Source of the DNA: an uncultured delta proteobacterium
Lineage (GTDB): Bacteria; Desulfobacterota; Desulfobacteria; Desulfobacterales; JAFDCJ01
Assembly: GCA_963769935.1 (NCBI GenBank)
Contig: CAVYNY010000034.1
Location: 1 to 64,000 of the forward strand
Direction: 5' to 3'
Length of the DNA: 64,000 nt
Shown here one piece after another: positions 41,859-51,568 of this stretch (positions are counted from its first letter, which is position 1; the number at the start of each line of letters is the position of its first letter). The notes under the pieces were generated by a model. The model made no database searches, was not told the DNA's origin, and worked only from the letters and a program-made list of their open reading frames with translations. The translations under genes and the position numbers were made by a program.

Positions 41859-42635
41859 TCAGCTTCCCATCGCATACAGAGCCGCCCCGATCGCGCCGGT
41901 CAGCTGGGGATAGTCCGGCACCAGTATTTTGCGGCCGATAATTTCTTCGGTCATTTTTACCAGGTACGGATTGTGCGCCACGACGCCTCCTGTCATAACT
42001 ACCTTTTCGGTCAACGCATCCATTTCCAGCACACGTTTAACCATGGAATAAAATACCCCTTTTACAATATCCGGCAGTTTTTTGCCCTGTCGGATATTTT
42101 CCAATACCTCGGTGGCGGAAAAAACGGTGCAAAAGCTGCCCAGTTTAACCATGTCTTCGGAACGGCGCGCCAGGGCGTCCATTTCTTCTATGGATACATC
42201 CAGCCGCATGGCCATTTCTTCTAAAAAGGCCCCGGTCCCGGCCGCACACTTGCGATTCATTTTAAAATTGATGCGCAGGCCTCTGTCGTCCAATTTAATA
42301 ATTTTGTTGTCCTGGCCACCAATGTCGATAATGGTTGTCGAAAACGGAAAATATAAAAAGCAGCCTTTGGCATGACAGCCGATTTCCGTTTTAGAGTCAC
42401 CGGCATAGGATACATTTTTGCGTCCATATCCGGTGGAAACCGCCTTGGCAATATCCGATATTTCGGCACCGGCCTTTTTTAACGAGAGTTCCAAGCAAGT
42501 TTGAGCTGTCGCGGAAAAATCCGTACCGGATCGTTGCACGGCCCATCCCAGAAGTGCCCTTTCGCTATCCAGCACGGCCACCTTGGTCCGCGAGGCCCCC
42601 ACATCGGCGCCGACATAGATGGGTCTATAACTCAT
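41859..42635 (-). CDS. ATP-dependent CoA-enzyme activase (HgdC/BcrA/BcrD/BadFG ASKHA family)
   Basis: GADVGASRTK, TGYGR, DIGGQD.K, KCAAGTG.FLE and CTVF motifs. Confidence 0.92.
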   Translation of the reverse strand: MSYRPIYVGADVGASRTKVAVLDSERALLGWAVQRSGTDFSATAQTCLELSLKKAGAEISDIAKAVSTGYGRKNVSYAGDSKTEIGCHAKGCFLYFPFSTTIIDIGGQDNKIIKLDDRGLRINFKMNRKCAAGTGAFLEEMAMRLDVSIEEMDALARRSEDMVKLGSFCTVFSATEVLENIRQGKKLPDIVKGVFYSMVKRVLEMDALTEKVVMTGGVVAHNPYLVKMTEEIIGRKILVPDYPQLTGAIGAALYAMGS

Positions 42636-42710
42636 TGCACAATTTTTTTAAGGTTGGATTCATAACGCTTAATTACCTCGGCTATTTGTTATTGCGAACT
42701 CTCACTAAGG

Positions 42711-43146
42711 GTTTCAGGTGTCAGGTGTCAGGGCCCGGATGGCAAATAGTATAAAATTGATCGCTCATCGAGGGTGACAACTTTCAAGTTCCCCTGTCCA
42801 TTGAATAAAACAAGCCTGGAATTTCGGTCGATTTGACTTATTCGATACTTGATATTCGATATTTATCCGCCTCCGGTGGATTCGCTTTTTTTAGAGTTCC
42901 CTTTTCGATCAGACTGGTCGCTCCGCCACCACCGGCGGGGCTGACACCTGACACCTCATATGAAACTTCCTTAAATTTGATGCCATTTTTACGAAGTGTC
43001 TCACCGCTGAGAGGCGAGAGCGCAGAGATTAATTTAACTTTTCTTTCTCGGCGTTCTCGGCGGGCTCTGCGGTGAACTATTCTGTTTCTTTTTCGATCAG
43101 ACCGGCTGTTGTTCTGGCCGGCGGCTGGGCTGACACCTGAAACCTT
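42711..43146. repeat. Composite intergenic repeat region
   Basis: (CAGGTGT)n/(CTGACAC)n heptamers, TTCGATA heptamers, GATCAGACTGG..GGCGG.GGGCTGA units and a CACCGC.GAG...CTCTGCGGTGA inverted unit. Confidence 0.65.
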
Positions 43147-44089
43147 ACTTCGATTCCAGTCCCTTTACCAGCGTCCACAGGGTGTGGTTAAACGGCGTCG
43201 GAATTCCCGCCCGTTCACCGTATTTCACAAACTTTCCATTCATAAAGTCGATTTCAGTGCGGCGCTTGGCCTCGATGTCCATGAGCATGGACGGCTTATG
43301 ATCCCCCGCACTGCCCATGTATTCCATGGCGTGCGGGTAAAAATCCCACCCCAGATTTATTTCATTGGCCCGGGCCACTTTCAAACATTCTTTTACCAGG
43401 TTATCGACCGTCTGGTAAACAATGGGATCATTCATCGCCCGGAACATGGTAAGGCCGGTTATGGCGCATACCGGATTCATGCACGAGTTCAGGACCGCTT
43501 TGCGCCAGACCATGGAGATAATCTGATCGGTGTGTTCAGTTTCCAGTCCGCAGATGCTGAAAGTCTCGGCAATCACGCCGGCTGCGTGGTGTGATATGGG
43601 GTCAAGCTCCTGAATATAATGGGGGGGATGATGAAACGGGATGTGCACATGGCCCGGCGCTACGAGTCCGCAGCCATAGTTCACCACGGCCCGCATCACG
43701 GGAATTTTGCCCAGGATTTTAGAGAGCTCCAACTCCGTGTCAATCCCGTTTTGCCAACTGACGACATACATTCCCTCGCGGTAAAATCCCTCAATGGCGG
43801 AAGCGATCAACGGCAGCACATGGGCTTTGACCGTAATGACGATGACATCGGGATCATGATGGGCGAGTTCATCGATGTTCGTGATGGTCTTTGAGACTTT
43901 TTGCTGGAGGTTTTCTGCGCCTTCGATAATGATTCCGGGGTTAAGGGCCGGTGCCAGTAAGTCTGGAACGACGTCGCAAAGGATAACTTCATTACCGCCT
44001 TTGGCCAGAAAAGCGGCGACGATGCATCCGACCGGTCCGGCGCCGACCACTGCAAACGTCCGGGGATTGAACTTGGATTTTTGGTTCAT
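43145..44089 (-). CDS. panE: Ketopantoate reductase family protein
   Basis: GAGPVG, ITVKA, QNG, W.K...N and SMLMD...RRTEIDFMNG motifs. Confidence 0.9.
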   Translation of the reverse strand: MNQKSKFNPRTFAVVGAGPVGCIVAAFLAKGGNEVILCDVVPDLLAPALNPGIIIEGAENLQQKVSKTITNIDELAHHDPDVIVITVKAHVLPLIASAIEGFYREGMYVVSWQNGIDTELELSKILGKIPVMRAVVNYGCGLVAPGHVHIPFHHPPHYIQELDPISHHAAGVIAETFSICGLETEHTDQIISMVWRKAVLNSCMNPVCAITGLTMFRAMNDPIVYQTVDNLVKECLKVARANEINLGWDFYPHAMEYMGSAGDHKPSMLMDIEAKRRTEIDFMNGKFVKYGERAGIPTPFNHTLWTLVKGLESK

Positions 44090-44392
44090 ATATTGCCCCC
44101 CTAGTAGAATTGAATATTTTAAATTGAAGATTGAATATTGGTGGATTCGCTTTGCTCAGTCGAGTTTAAAATAGACAGAAGACCTGCCTTCGACATTCGA
44201 CCTGCCCGCAATGCCTTGAGAGCTGTCCAACGCGAACTTAATCATTTGATCCATAGCTCATGGATTGCTCTCAGTCATCGCTCTAAGCATGGCAGGCGGG
44301 TATTTGTTTTTTTAGAGTTTCTTTTCCAGTCAAACTGGCCGTCTTACAGTCAGCGGCCGGGCTGGACACGTAAACGATTGTGCTCAAAACAC

Positions 44393-44986
44393 CTACGAGG
44401 CGCCCGCCGCCGTATACCCCAGATCAAATGCCTTGAGATTTGATTCCAGGAACGCCTTTTTGGTCTTGGCTTGCATGGCCTCTTTGACCATTTCAACCGA
44501 AACCGGCAGAACGCCGGTCTGAGTTAAAGCGCCCAGCAAAACCATGTTGACCGACAGGGGGTTTCCGGCTTCCTTCGCCAGTGCGGCTGCGTTAAACGCG
44601 ATCAGTTTGGCTGTTTTGCGGCGAATGAGCTCCTGCAGCTGTTTTAGATCGGGATAAACCCCCTGGCCGATATTTACGGTAAAGGGCATCAGCGGGGCAA
44701 GATTGGTAATCACGACGGTGTTGGCGTTGCATTTGCCTATGGCCCTTAATGTTTCGGCGGGTTCAAAACCAACCAGAACGTCGGCTTCGCCGTCTGATAT
44801 AATGGTGCTCCTGGCCTCCCCGAATACAAGTGAAGATTCCACGACGCCACCCCTTTGGGCCATACCGTGGATTTCACTCATTTGCAGCGGTATTCCGGAA
44901 CGCATCGCCGCCTCACCCAGCACGCTGGAAGCCAGCAGGTTTCCCTGTCCCCCCACAGCTACAATGACTAGTCTTTTTGTTTCCAT
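44393..44986 (-). CDS. iorB: Indolepyruvate:ferredoxin oxidoreductase beta subunit
   Basis: VGGQG, SEIHGMAQRGGVV and NMVLLG motifs. Confidence 0.93.
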   Translation of the reverse strand: METKRLVIVAVGGQGNLLASSVLGEAAMRSGIPLQMSEIHGMAQRGGVVESSLVFGEARSTIISDGEADVLVGFEPAETLRAIGKCNANTVVITNLAPLMPFTVNIGQGVYPDLKQLQELIRRKTAKLIAFNAAALAKEAGNPLSVNMVLLGALTQTGVLPVSVEMVKEAMQAKTKKAFLESNLKAFDLGYTAAGAS

Positions 44987-45276
44987 GAATAGTTTCCTGT
45001 CGTTCGGTGTGTTCGTCCCGATGAAATTCGCTTCGCTGATACTGCGTATATTTCATGGGATAAATTTGGATCGTTAGGATCGTTTAGTTCGTTGAGTACG
45101 TTTTGATCGTTTAATATCAGCCAATTGGTTAAAATTTTTTGAAAATAAAGTGTCTAAGATGTCTAAAATTAAGGATTTATCATTCTTTTTAACTATGAGC
45201 CATGAGCTATTTTACCGCCAACCTCGAACTCGATGCATTTTGTCCACGGTCAACTCCATCAACTCAATAAACCAAA

Positions 45277-47148
45277 TCAGTGCCCCTGGGCATCGGCGGT
45301 TGATTTTACGGGGCGGATCGCGTTTTCCGGGCAAATCTGGGCACAGACTGCACAACCTGTACACAGATTGGCATCTATTTTAACCCGGTCGTTCCAGATA
45401 TAAAACGCGGGGCAGGCCAGCGATTCGATGCAGTCTTTGTGATTTTGGCATTTCTCGCTCACGTAAAACGGCTTGTGCCGCGGCATCTTCAGTGCGTTGG
45501 CATACAGGGCACAGGTTTCTTCCGATATGATTACCGAAACCCCTTTGTAACTGACGGCCTCCTTGATGGCTTCGATGCTTTTCTTTACTTTATAAGGTTT
45601 AACAACGGTTACATGTTGAACCCCGATCGCTTTTACCACCGCTTCGATGGATACTTTGCCGTATCCTTCCATGTGCAACCGGGTCATGTCTACTCCGGGG
45701 TTCGGCTGGTGGCCGGTCATGGCCGTGGTGCCGTTGTCCAGGATGACCAGGGTGAAGTTGTGATTGTTGTAAACGGCGTTGATCAGACCGGGAATCCCGG
45801 AATGGAAAAAGGTCGAATCGCCGATAAATGCAATGACCTTTTGGGTGTTGACTTTGGAAAATCCACCGGCGGTGCCCACCGAGGATCCCATGCATATCAG
45901 AAAATCAGCGGCCGACAGCGGCGGCAGCAGCCCGAGGGTGTAGCAGCCGATGTCGGATGGAAAAATGGTGTCCATCCCCTCGGTGGCTTTTTTCACCTCG
46001 TAATACGTGGCCCGGTGCGAACAGCCCGCGCACAAAGTAGGGGGGCGCTGGGGGACCGGCGGTACGTCCGAAAGGTCGAGCGGCGCGGGCGGCGTGTAGG
46101 GCAGATCGAAGTATTTGGCCATACATAGCTTCACCTGGGCCGGGTCGTATTCATACAACCGCGTAAACAGCCCCTCGGTTTTGCCGTTTATGGGCAGCGT
46201 CAACCCTTCTTCCTGGGCAAAGGCTTTGATCGCTTCCTCCATGTATGGTTCACCTTCTTCCACGATCAGTACCTTTTCACAGCCTTTCAGGAAGTCTTTT
46301 ATGAGGGCCGGCGGCAGCGGGTGCGAAAATCCGATTCGCAGCACCTTGACCTCATCTTCAATATTCAAATCCCGGATGCCGTCCCTGACATAATTATAGC
46401 CGACGCCATTGCAGATGATGCCCCACTTGCCGGTGCCGCCGGTAAAATTGTACGGGGATTTTTCGGCAAGCTCCCGGGCGCTGTCATAGTTTTTAAGCAG
46501 TTTGACATGCAGCTTGCGGGCGACTGCCGGCACCACCACCAGGTTCAGAGGATCCTTGGTAAAATCACCTGAAGTTTTCGGTTTTCTGATTTGGCCCAGG
46601 GTTATGACACCGGAGGAGTGGTTGATGCGGGTGGTGGTGCGGAATAATACCGGCTCCTGAAGCTTCTCCGAAAGATCAAACGCATAGGGCAGCATTTCTT
46701 TTGCTTCTTCGACCGATGACGGCTCGAGCATGGGCAGTCCCGCCATCTTGGCATAGTAGCGGTTGTCCTGCTCGTTCTGGCTGGAAAACATGAAGGGGTC
46801 ATCGGCGGAAAGGATCACCATCCCGGCTTTTACGCCGACGTACGCCAAGGTCATGAGCGCATCGGCCGCCACATTCACGCCGACGTGTTTCATCACGCAC
46901 ATGCTGCGGACCCCTGAATTCGCAGCCGCGGCCGCCACTTCCATGGCAATCTTTTCGTTGGTGCAGTATTCGAAATACAGATCGCTTTCGCGGGCCATCT
47001 GGAAAAAGCTGGTTGAGATTTCCGAAGAGGGTGTTCCCGGATAAGTGCTTGTAAACGCAACACCCGCTTCGATGGCGCCCCGGGCAATGGCCTCATTGCC
47101 CAGCAGCAGCATTTTTTCGCCTGGATTGTCGGTTAGTAGTTTGTGCAT
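45277..47148 (-). CDS. iorA: Indolepyruvate:ferredoxin oxidoreductase alpha subunit
   Basis: LGNEAIARGA, YPGTPSSE, SQNEQD, DIGCY, GDSTFFH and TAMTGHQP motifs; C-terminal ferredoxin. Confidence 0.94.
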   Translation of the reverse strand: MHKLLTDNPGEKMLLLGNEAIARGAIEAGVAFTSTYPGTPSSEISTSFFQMARESDLYFEYCTNEKIAMEVAAAAANSGVRSMCVMKHVGVNVAADALMTLAYVGVKAGMVILSADDPFMFSSQNEQDNRYYAKMAGLPMLEPSSVEEAKEMLPYAFDLSEKLQEPVLFRTTTRINHSSGVITLGQIRKPKTSGDFTKDPLNLVVVPAVARKLHVKLLKNYDSARELAEKSPYNFTGGTGKWGIICNGVGYNYVRDGIRDLNIEDEVKVLRIGFSHPLPPALIKDFLKGCEKVLIVEEGEPYMEEAIKAFAQEEGLTLPINGKTEGLFTRLYEYDPAQVKLCMAKYFDLPYTPPAPLDLSDVPPVPQRPPTLCAGCSHRATYYEVKKATEGMDTIFPSDIGCYTLGLLPPLSAADFLICMGSSVGTAGGFSKVNTQKVIAFIGDSTFFHSGIPGLINAVYNNHNFTLVILDNGTTAMTGHQPNPGVDMTRLHMEGYGKVSIEAVVKAIGVQHVTVVKPYKVKKSIEAIKEAVSYKGVSVIISEETCALYANALKMPRHKPFYVSEKCQNHKDCIESLACPAFYIWNDRVKIDANLCTGCAVCAQICPENAIRPVKSTADAQGH

Positions 47149-47187
47149 AATTTTCTTCCTTGAAAAAATTTTATTTGGTGTATGTAT

Positions 47188-47421
47188 TTATTCTGCATTT
47201 TCCTTAGATTTCTGCCGGGTATAAATCGTCTTAAACTGTTCGGGGAACATCTGCATGCAGCCGGTGCAGGCCTTTTCATTTTCGGCATTAAACGGCTCCA
47301 AATGAACTTCGAGTCCGATTTCTGCATACATCGCCGCCATTTCCGACAGGCGGGGATCATCGTAGGTGGCCCTTTTTTCCCAGCCGTCATCGATCAGTTT
47401 TTGTTCTGGAGACTTGGGCAT
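47188..47421 (-). CDS. Small hypothetical protein with CxxC
   Basis: GWEKR...DPRLSE....Y.EIG.EV.LEP...CTGC....KTIYTR; co-oriented in the cluster. Confidence 0.7.
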   Translation of the reverse strand: MPKSPEQKLIDDGWEKRATYDDPRLSEMAAMYAEIGLEVHLEPFNAENEKACTGCMQMFPEQFKTIYTRQKSKENAE

Positions 47422-47506
47422 AGGATTCTCAATTTTCAATTTAGCCCTGCCGCCGGCGTCAAGGCGGCCAGTTTGATCATTAAAGATACTATTGTCATTC
47501 GCTATC

Positions 47507-47560
47507 GTAGGGCCGGCCTCTGCGCCGACCCATCCCGGCGGGCACGGAGGCCCGCCCTAC
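47507..47560. repeat. GTAG-family REP doublet
   Basis: GTAGGGCCGGCCTC ... GAGGCCCGCCCTAC. Confidence 0.7.
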
Positions 47561-47612
47561 ATCAGCTGTCGCAATAAAAGAAGCTTCATACGTGATCCAT
47601 CCGGGTTAGGCG

Positions 47613-49649
47613 CTATTTTCCTTTAAATTCAACTCTGCGCCCGACGTTTGTCAGACCTGCCAATGCATCCCCCGTTGAGAAGATATCGTGTAAACGCCCA
47701 AGTTCGATTCCAACGGCGTCTTCAATCGATTTTCCTTCCTGCCGGTTGATAATTTCATTGCTCAATTTAAGTGCAAGGGGGGCCTTAAAACCAACAGTCT
47801 TGCGAACTTTTTCCGCCAGCGCCTGGGAAACTCCTTGCGGCGGATCTCCGGCAAGCAACCTGGCAACATTTGCAGGACTGCATACCTGAGCGAAAGGCTT
47901 CAGGTTGTCCGGCACTTCCCGCCGGCGGTATTTATCGGGTCTATCCTCAGACATAAGTTTTTGGATGGCGGAATCAACCTCGGCCGGCTGCACCAGTTTT
48001 GTGAAGATCCCGAGCGCGTGAGCATCCTGGGCGGTTATTGCTGCACCGGTAAACACAAAATACTTGGCCAGCTCCGAACCGACCATGCGGGCTGTGCGAA
48101 GCATCCCCCCCAGACCCGGGAAAATGCCGATTCCGGTTTCCGGAAATCCCAGGGAGCCCGCCGGGGTTGCAATAATCGCCTGACAGGCCAAGGCCAGTTC
48201 GCTGCCCCCTCCCAGTGACAGGCCATCGACAATAGCAATGGTCAGTTTTTCAGAATTTTCGATTCTGAGAAAAAGCGCATGACCTTTACGGGTAAATTCG
48301 TAGATATCAGAAATTTTATCGGCCCTTATTTTTTGGACAAAGTAGCGAATATCCGCACCGGCCACGAAGGATTTGCCGGCTCCCTGAAACACAATCGCCT
48401 TGACCGCCGGGTCTTTCTCAGCCTCTGTAAAGCGCTGATCGAGTTGGGCGACGACCTTTTCATTCAAAGCATTCATTGCCTCCGGCCGATTGATAGTGAT
48501 GAAGGCAATTTGATCCTTGATTTGCAGGTCTACGAACCGGAAGTCAAAGGGTTTACCGAGTTCATTCTGGCGCGCCAGAATCCTGGGCATCTTAAAATCG
48601 GCATATTTTCGGCTGACGGCTTCAACGGCGGCGTAAGTCTTGTCGATGCCGATCTTGTTCATGATCTCAAATGGTCCCATGACCCAGCGCAATCCGATTT
48701 TAGCGCCCCGATCGGTGTCTTCGATGGAGGCAACCCCCTCATCCACCAGGGCGGCCGCAACGCCTAAGCAGACCCCGTAAAACCGGTCGATGACGGCCGG
48801 CAGTTTGGACTCGTCTACACCGCCCGCCAGATCCCAGTTCTCTTTTTTATCCATTTGGGCCTTGAGGATGACGGCCGTGGCATAAAACGGCCCCAGCTCA
48901 TTGCCCAGGGTGGTTGAGGCATGCACGGCAATCGGAATGCCGGTAACGTTCATCAGTTCGAACGGCCCCATGCCGATTTTAAAGGCCCGCTTGGCGGCTT
49001 CTTCAATGGTCGGGATATCGGCCATGTTTTCTTCCAGCATGCGGGCCGCCTCGTTGAGAAACGGGACAAAGAAGCGATTGACGGCAAAGCCCGGAGCATC
49101 CTTGACGACAATTGCGGTTTTGCCGTGCAGTTTGGCCGCCAGAAGCGATTTCTCAATCGTCTCGGCGCTGGTTGAATCGTGGGGAATGACTTCCAACAGC
49201 CGGTTTTTAGCCGGATGATAGAAGTAATGCAGGCCGATGAAACGATCCGGACGCGATGTTTGTTCGGCAAACTCATGTACATAAAAACTGGATGTGTTGG
49301 TGGCCAGAATCGTTTTGGCCGAACAAATCTGATCAAGCTTTTTAAACAGGTCTGCTTTTACCTGTTTGTCCTCGAAGACCGCTTCGATGACCAGGTCCGC
49401 ATCCGCCACCGCACTGAAGTCGGTCGTACCCGTGATGCGGGAGAGAGTGGCTTCGACCTGTTCGGGCTTGAAAATCCTGCGTTCCACGCCTTGTTGCAGT
49501 GTTTTTTTGATAATGCCGAGGCCCCGATCGACAAATTCTTCCCGCATGTCGACCACCACCACGTTCAGTCCTTCCTGCGCAATTTTCTGGGCGATCCCGC
49601 TGCCCATATTCCCGGCGCCGATGACGGCGATTTTATTTATTTGCTGCAT
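47613..49649 (-). CDS. 3-hydroxyacyl-CoA dehydrogenase / enoyl-CoA hydratase fusion
   Basis: GAGNMGSGIA, TNTSS and GLHYFYHP, followed by a crotonase domain (NRPEAMNAL, AGAD, GGGSE); start placed at MQQIN. Confidence 0.92.
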   Translation of the reverse strand: MQQINKIAVIGAGNMGSGIAQKIAQEGLNVVVVDMREEFVDRGLGIIKKTLQQGVERRIFKPEQVEATLSRITGTTDFSAVADADLVIEAVFEDKQVKADLFKKLDQICSAKTILATNTSSFYVHEFAEQTSRPDRFIGLHYFYHPAKNRLLEVIPHDSTSAETIEKSLLAAKLHGKTAIVVKDAPGFAVNRFFVPFLNEAARMLEENMADIPTIEEAAKRAFKIGMGPFELMNVTGIPIAVHASTTLGNELGPFYATAVILKAQMDKKENWDLAGGVDESKLPAVIDRFYGVCLGVAAALVDEGVASIEDTDRGAKIGLRWVMGPFEIMNKIGIDKTYAAVEAVSRKYADFKMPRILARQNELGKPFDFRFVDLQIKDQIAFITINRPEAMNALNEKVVAQLDQRFTEAEKDPAVKAIVFQGAGKSFVAGADIRYFVQKIRADKISDIYEFTRKGHALFLRIENSEKLTIAIVDGLSLGGGSELALACQAIIATPAGSLGFPETGIGIFPGLGGMLRTARMVGSELAKYFVFTGAAITAQDAHALGIFTKLVQPAEVDSAIQKLMSEDRPDKYRRREVPDNLKPFAQVCSPANVARLLAGDPPQGVSQALAEKVRKTVGFKAPLALKLSNEIINRQEGKSIEDAVGIELGRLHDIFSTGDALAGLTNVGRRVEFKGK

Positions 49650-49792
49650 AGCGACTCCCGTCCTAATTATTGAAGATTGAAAATTGAAGATTGAATATTT
49701 GTGGTATTCTATCGATTTTATCTTGCTTCTGACAACATGTTTTCCGAACACATCAGGTAATGACCTATGATAACTTTTTTTGATATCGAAAA

Positions 49793-49948
49793 TTGATGAA
49801 ATCGTAAAAAGTAGAATTTACCGATTTTCTGGATTCCCGCCTGCGCGGGAATGACAATAATAGATTTAATATCGGTTACTTAAAACAGTCGTCATACCCG
49901 CGTAGGCGGGTATCCAGTCCTTGGAATGACTATTTACGATAGCTTCAA
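49793..49948. mobile_element. MITE-like element with internal ATTCCCGCCTGCGCGGGAAT palindromes
   Basis: Imperfect TIRs TTGATGAAATCGTAAAAAGT / ACTATTTACGATAGCTTCAA around two inverted palindromic units. Confidence 0.6.
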
Positions 49949-50029
49949 AATTGAATACTGAAGCCCAAACCGGAAATCAAAACGATAGAATACCTCAAAT
50001 ATTCAATTGACAATCTTCAATATTCATTC

Positions 50030-50800
50030 CTACCTGTTCTTCCATTCCGGCTTGCGCTTTTCTTCGTAACTGGCGATGCCCTCCAGGGTGTCTGCGGTTT
50101 TCATCAGGGTGTTGAGGAAAAGATCGCTGACACCTGCTAGGGCCGGCTTGAAATCCAGGCCCAGATGTTGTTTGACCGCTCTTTTGTTCAATCGAATAAT
50201 CAGCGGACTGTTGTACTGAATATCCTTTATAATTTTCGCGGCCGCCTCACCCAGTTGATCGTCTTCGACGACGTGACCGACCATTCCCATGATGTGTGCT
50301 TCTTCGGCACTGTAAAATTTGCCTGTTGTGCAGATTTCAACCGCCCGGGCCGGCCCCACCAGCGGCGGCAGACGCATGGCGGCATACGGCGGGAAAAAAC
50401 CGACCTTGATTTCGGGTTGGCCGAATTGAGCACTTTTACCGGCCACAATGACATCGCAGGCAATCGCCAGTTCCATGCCGCCGCCCAGACAGTATCCCTG
50501 CACGACGGCGATGATCGGCACTTCGAGCTGTTCGCTAAGCTCAAATATGCGGTTGAAAACGGCGATCATGTCCTTGACTTTGCCGGGCTTGTGATCGGCC
50601 ACTTCCACTCCGGTACAAAAGTGTTTGCCCTCAGCGAAGAAGGCCACACATTTGAGGTCCTTGTCCTTGAGCAGGTCTTCCAACCGGCCGTTGAGTTCAT
50701 TCATCATTTCGATATTCATCATATTGAACTTCGGTCGATTGAGGGTAATGCGCGCGACGCCGTCGGCCTTTTCGAATTTGAGATGCTTGAGTTCGGTCAT
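50030..50800 (-). CDS. Enoyl-CoA hydratase, likely cyclohexadienoyl-CoA hydratase (Dch/BamR-like)
   Basis: HFCTGVEVADH, CLGGGMEL, GQPEIKVGFFPP and D..EGI motifs; same cluster as oah. Confidence 0.8.
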   Translation of the reverse strand: MTELKHLKFEKADGVARITLNRPKFNMMNIEMMNELNGRLEDLLKDKDLKCVAFFAEGKHFCTGVEVADHKPGKVKDMIAVFNRIFELSEQLEVPIIAVVQGYCLGGGMELAIACDVIVAGKSAQFGQPEIKVGFFPPYAAMRLPPLVGPARAVEICTTGKFYSAEEAHIMGMVGHVVEDDQLGEAAAKIIKDIQYNSPLIIRLNKRAVKQHLGLDFKPALAGVSDLFLNTLMKTADTLEGIASYEEKRKPEWKNR

Positions 50801-50937
50801 GTTCTAATATCCTTTTCAATCGGTTTACCGCGGAGATCGCAGAGATCGCTGAGAGAAAACATGAAGTCGGTCAGTATGGCAAAGCAAACTCCCTCATTTA
50901 GACTCTGCGGCCTCGGCGTGCTCTGCGGTGACGGATT

Positions 50938-51371
50938 TTAAACTTTCTGGAATACATAATTCAACTGCCCATTGGGCAGGGTGTTGGCGACCGTCTTCAT
51001 CACCATACCCACTTTTATTTCGTCTTCCGGCAGATTCCGGTCGATGCGGCCGAAAACCTTGTAATCGCCATAATCCAGCAGTGCGATGGAATAGGGCACA
51101 TCCTCCTGAAAGCCGATCGGGGCATATTCCAACTTGCTGAAGGTAACCAGTTTGCCCGTGCCGCTCACCTCGAACCATTCCATGTTGCTGGACAGACACT
51201 GATAGCAATCCGATCGGGGGGGAAGAAGACCAGACCGCAAACTTTGCAGCGAGTGCCGGCGACCGTCCCTTTCTCGAGGTAATCGATGAAGTCGTTGGTC
51301 TTGGTAATGGCGGTAAAGCTGACCGTCCCGAATTTTTTGAACCTGTCATCCACTTCTTTCGTTAAGCTCAT
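50938..51371 (-). CDS. Zn-ribbon/OB-fold (DUF35) thiolase partner, frameshifted in the G7 run 51216-51222
   Basis: GTRCKVCG..FFPP|RSDCYQC...SGTGKLVTF; one extra C restores the frame. Confidence 0.85.
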
Positions 51372-51568
51372 ACCATAGCTCCTTAAGATGAATGGATTCT
51401 GTTTTAATTTTTTTAGACAGGATTTACAGGATTAATTGGATTTTTTTGTTCCTCATTTTCCGGAAGAAAATGAGGAAAACCAAACCAAAAATAAATCCTG
51501 AAAATCCTGTCAACTGCTAATAACAAGAAAGAATCCATATATTACTTTTTAAGATTTGAATACCGAAA

